DNA of 64,000 nucleotides from Acidimicrobiales bacterium (GTDB lineage Bacteria; Actinomycetota; Acidimicrobiia; Acidimicrobiales; Bin134): NCBI GenBank assembly GCA_965208805.1, contig OZ242355.1, positions 3,194,906 to 3,258,905 of the forward strand, read 5' to 3'. Shown piece by piece: positions 63,107 to 64,000 of this stretch (position 1 is its first letter; each line of letters starts with the position of its first letter). The notes under the pieces were generated by a model. It saw only the letters and a program-made list of their open reading frames with translations, ran no database searches and was not told where the DNA came from. The position numbers and the translations under genes were made by a program.

Positions 63107-64000
63107 TTGACTGAGAAGCACACCACCCGCCGGGTGCTCAGCATCGTGCTCCGGGTGGGCATCAGTGTGGCCCTGTTCTTCTTGTTGATCTGGTGGCTGC
63201 CCTCGTTCGACGCTGGCCAACTGTGGCCCGACTTCAACTCGGCCACGCCGTTTTGGCTGGTTGGCGCGCTCTTGCTCACCGTTATGGGCAACATGGCGGC
63301 CACCGCCCGGTGGTACGAGGTGGCTGTCGCCCTTGGGCTGCAAGTGATGCCCCGGCGCATGTTCTCGCACTACATGGCGGGAATGTTCATCTCCAACTTC
63401 GTGCCCACCACGGTGGGGGGCGACGTGCTGCGGATATCCCGCCTCACCAACGACACCGGCGACGGCCCCCACAGCTTCGCCTCGGTGCTGTTGGAGCGGC
63501 TCAGCGGCTGGATCGTGCTGCCGGTGTTCACCCTGTTGGGCCTGGCGCTCGACGAAGAGCTGCGGGGATTGGGCGCCCCCTCCCGTGTAGCGGCCAGCAC
63601 CGCCGGCCTCACACTGCTGGCTCTCGGACTGATCCTCCTGCTGGTGGGCAATCAGCGGTTCGGCCGATGGGTCAGCCGGCGCAACGGCTGGGTCCGCTTC
63701 GTGAACGGACTGCACATGGGCATCGACGAGCTCCGGGCCAAGCCCCGCGACACCGGTCGGGTGCTGATCACCGCCTTCGCCTACCAGGCGATCATGCTGG
63801 CCGCGGCCGGGTGCGCGGCCAAGGTGGTGGGGATCAACGGCCTGGGGCCCACCGAGCTGATGGCGTTCATCCCCGCCGTGCTCATCATCCAGGTGCTGCC
63901 CATCGGCTTGGGAGGACTCGGCCTGCGGGAGGGGGCCTTGGTGCTTTTCCTCCACGACTTGGGCGTGATCGACGAGCGGGCCATCGCCATGGGGCTGCTG
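63107..64000 (+). CDS. lysylphosphatidylglycerol-synthase-TM-like / flippase-like (UPF0104) membrane protein, N-terminal part; runs off window end
   Basis: Own translation from TTG 63107: LTEKHTTRRVLSIVLRVGISVALFFLLIWWLP...FVPTTVGGDVLRISRL...VLIIQVLPIGLGGLGLREGALVLFL. Open to base 64000 (298 codons). Absent from the ORF track (no stop in window). The start codon is uncertain. Confidence 0.65.
   Translation, partial: MTEKHTTRRVLSIVLRVGISVALFFLLIWWLPSFDAGQLWPDFNSATPFWLVGALLLTVMGNMAATARWYEVAVALGLQVMPRRMFSHYMAGMFISNFVPTTVGGDVLRISRLTNDTGDGPHSFASVLLERLSGWIVLPVFTLLGLALDEELRGLGAPSRVAASTAGLTLLALGLILLLVGNQRFGRWVSRRNGWVRFVNGLHMGIDELRAKPRDTGRVLITAFAYQAIMLAAAGCAAKVVGINGLGPTELMAFIPAVLIIQVLPIGLGGLGLREGALVLFLHDLGVIDERAIAMGLL

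Noticed and set aside
1-64000. Search for rRNA genes, CRISPR-Cas, restriction-modification or other recognisable defence systems, and prophage structural genes.
   Set aside because: I recognised none by motif inspection of the six-frame translations. The only toxin-antitoxin-like element is the orphan HicB-like ORF.

Overview
High-GC (about 65%) actinobacterium-like chromosomal segment, possibly Acidimicrobiia-like. All calls rest on motif recognition; no searches were run.

Mostly housekeeping and catabolic genes:
- a circularly permuted ATP-grasp / alpha-E / transglutaminase triad;
- a peptide-type ABC importer with two tandem 604-aa binding-protein paralogues and no ATPase genes;
- many SDRs, a P450, and a CoA-transferase / acyl-CoA ligase / hydratase / SDR / thiolase / ACAD cluster;
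- rsgA, a plsY-moeA-moaA-moaC operon, MTAP, uppP, tldD and pmbA, and two tRNAs (Glu-CUC, Ala-CGC).

Things worth a second look:
1. Two candidate selenoprotein genes that the ORF track splits or truncates at in-frame TGA. One is a UGSC-motif protein (10769-11308). The other is a SAM-methyltransferase (18489-19556) whose TGA sits where I recall homologues having Cys. Each has a stem-loop just downstream of the TGA.
2. A roughly 5.8-kb low-GC island lies between tldD and pmbA. It carries a secreted RCC1-propeller/zincin protein and a 1041-aa array of Cys-bracketed FN3-like modules.
3. A roughly 31-aa two-Cys motif is shared by that RCC1 protein and a second secreted protein 25 kb away, also in a low-GC islet.
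4. A mobile and decayed region (45.3-51.7 kb) holds an IS110 element with a 244-nt non-coding left end, a C14 tract, and an IS256 with mapped inverted repeats. It also holds a repeat-rich surface-protein gene inactivated by a TAT->TAA change inside a 66-bp tandem repeat and by the IS256.
5. Near-perfect 34-bp and 36-bp tandem duplications each re-copy a gene's stop codon (moaA/moaC junction; 3' end of a TPP enzyme gene).

Two edge-truncated genes (1-492 minus, 63107-64000 plus) are missing from the ORF track. Many long track ORFs are high-GC antisense shadows.
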